Of a DNA stretch of 64,000 bases, positions 62,822 to 64,000 are shown in pieces. The first letter of the stretch is position 1. Each line of letters begins with the position of its first letter. The stretch comes from an uncultured SAR86 cluster bacterium (lineage in GTDB: Bacteria; Pseudomonadota; Gammaproteobacteria; Magnimaribacterales; D2472). The translations under genes were made by a program, and so were the position numbers. The notes below the pieces were generated by a model. The model made no database searches, was not told where the DNA came from, and saw only the letters and a list, made by a program, of their open reading frames with translations. The stretch is taken from positions 15,112 to 79,111 of the forward strand of contig CACJBO010000001.1 of NCBI GenBank assembly GCA_902591665.1. The letters are read 5' to 3'.

Positions 62822-63425
62822 TTTTTTTAAAAAAAAGTATTATTCCAGTAATTGAGCTAATTAGGGCAAGAACAGAAAATATCTTTAATAACAAATTATT
62901 GATATTGTCTCTATCTTCATAATCCATAATGTGTAAAGCCCACAAAAGATCCCACGCTCTCCATGAATCAGATCTTATAGCAGCTATATCTCCTGTCATA
63001 GAATCAACATAAATATTAATTCCATCACTAGTGTCTGTAGAGACTTTATATATGGGCAGTCTCCTGCCTCTATACTCAACACCTCTGTCAGCTTTTTCAA
63101 TTAAAGTTACGCTTACTGGATTTAATGATGTTTTTTCTTTAGCAATTGATATTGCCTCTTCAGGTAACAATATATCAACTGGAAAATTTTGAGGATAAGA
63201 AGAGTACGTTTTTACTCCATTATCATTTGTTTCAATAATTTCTTGTCCGAGTCTTTTAAAAATTCTGTATTCGGTCTCTAAGGGCAATCGATATTGCTCT
63301 CCCCTAACCATCTCAATTTTATTAAATGCAAAATAAATTCCAGAGACTGTCCAAAGCAAAAGCTGAATAGCAATAAATATACTTAAGTATCTGTGAATCT
63401 TTCTAATTGTAAATTTCTTTGCCAT
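62814..63425 (-). CDS. PepSY-associated TM helix protein (compact)
   Basis: RKIHRYL, LWTVSGIYF, EYRGRRLP.Y, WALHIMDY. Confidence 0.8.
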   Translation of the reverse strand: MAKKFTIRKIHRYLSIFIAIQLLLWTVSGIYFAFNKIEMVRGEQYRLPLETEYRIFKRLGQEIIETNDNGVKTYSSYPQNFPVDILLPEEAISIAKEKTSLNPVSVTLIEKADRGVEYRGRRLPIYKVSTDTSDGINIYVDSMTGDIAAIRSDSWRAWDLLWALHIMDYEDRDNINNLLLKIFSVLALISSITGIILFFKKTI

Positions 63426-63800
63426 TTATAAAACTTCTTTTAGCGGCTCTGATACAAATGAATATTTTTCTATCTCATCACTTTCATATAATATTTCGTC
63501 TTCGTTGATTTGAAGAACTATATCAATGTCTAATGTTCTAGCACTAAACTTAGGAACATCTCTTTTTCTGCCAGATTCATTTTCAATATCTTTAAGCTTT
63601 TCATTAAGATCATCAAAATTGAGATCGGACTCACCTGCTACTACTAAATTTAAAAAGTCATCACCCTCAAATCCTTCGGCTTTAGTTTTGTGAATAGATG
63701 AAAATTTGGTATTTGTTAATATTTTATTTAATTGCTCGATAGCAAAAATGATATTTGCTTCAGCATTTATGTTACTTCCTAAGGATAAGAAATATTGCAT
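63426..63800 (-). CDS. folK: 6-hydroxymethyl-7,8-dihydropterin pyrophosphokinase
   Basis: LSLGSN, FLNLVV, IE...GR, RTLDIDI. Confidence 0.88.
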   Translation of the reverse strand: MQYFLSLGSNINAEANIIFAIEQLNKILTNTKFSSIHKTKAEGFEGDDFLNLVVAGESDLNFDDLNEKLKDIENESGRKRDVPKFSARTLDIDIVLQINEDEILYESDEIEKYSFVSEPLKEVL

Positions 63801-64000
63801 TATCTATGAATAATTAGGCCGACATCTTTTGAGCCTCTTATAGCTCCTGGTTTTGATACCCTTAGCTTTATTGATTCAACTCCATATTCATTTTTTACTA
63901 AAGAGGCTATGCCTTCAGCAAGAGTTTCTTGAAGTTGAAATGATGACTCTTCTACAAATTTTATTACGCCTTTGGCAATGGCTTTATAATCGACTGTATC
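63800..64000 (-). CDS. folB: Dihydroneopterin aldolase, 3' part only (cut by window edge)
   Basis: Manual translation DTVDYKAIAKGV...FQLQETLAE...VSKPGAIRGSKDVGLIIHR*; TAATG overlap with folK. Confidence 0.9.
   Translation of the reverse strand, partial: DTVDYKAIAKGVIKFVEESSFQLQETLAEGIASLVKNEYGVESIKLRVSKPGAIRGSKDVGLIIHR

Overview
AT-rich, very gene-dense bacterial chromosome segment with many overlapping stop/start codons. Gene content and synteny (rsmE-gshB-tonB-ruvX, fis-purH-purD, amgK-murU, lptD-surA-pdxA-rsmA-apaH, coq7) point to a streamlined marine gammaproteobacterium, SAR86-like by inference. The right half (32-64 kb) is mostly core housekeeping: rpoD, dnaG, pur, trp, rpe, lptD, cca and fol genes. 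The left half (1-31.6 kb) is accessory-rich: a beta-helix/diheme cytochrome pair, a DUF305-LVIVD fusion, a type II pantothenate kinase-like gene, an AGMO-like di-iron enzyme, katG-oxyR, a Fur-boxed TonB-dependent receptor, a glycoside utilisation cluster, a GcvT/DmdA-like protein and GST/flavin redox genes. Two tRNA genes are present (Ala-TGC, Ile2-CAT). No integrase, transposase, CRISPR array or rRNA was seen. The most unusual signals are three micro-ORFs missed by the ORF track (a 23-aa lipoprotein, a very basic 41-53-aa peptide facing away from hflX, a 28-aa membrane peptide), a Met-rich tandem repeat in LptD, a structured Fur-controlled leader, a homopolymer frameshift in cca, and an XPB-like helicase coupled to trpC. 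All family calls come from motif recognition by eye; no searches were run.
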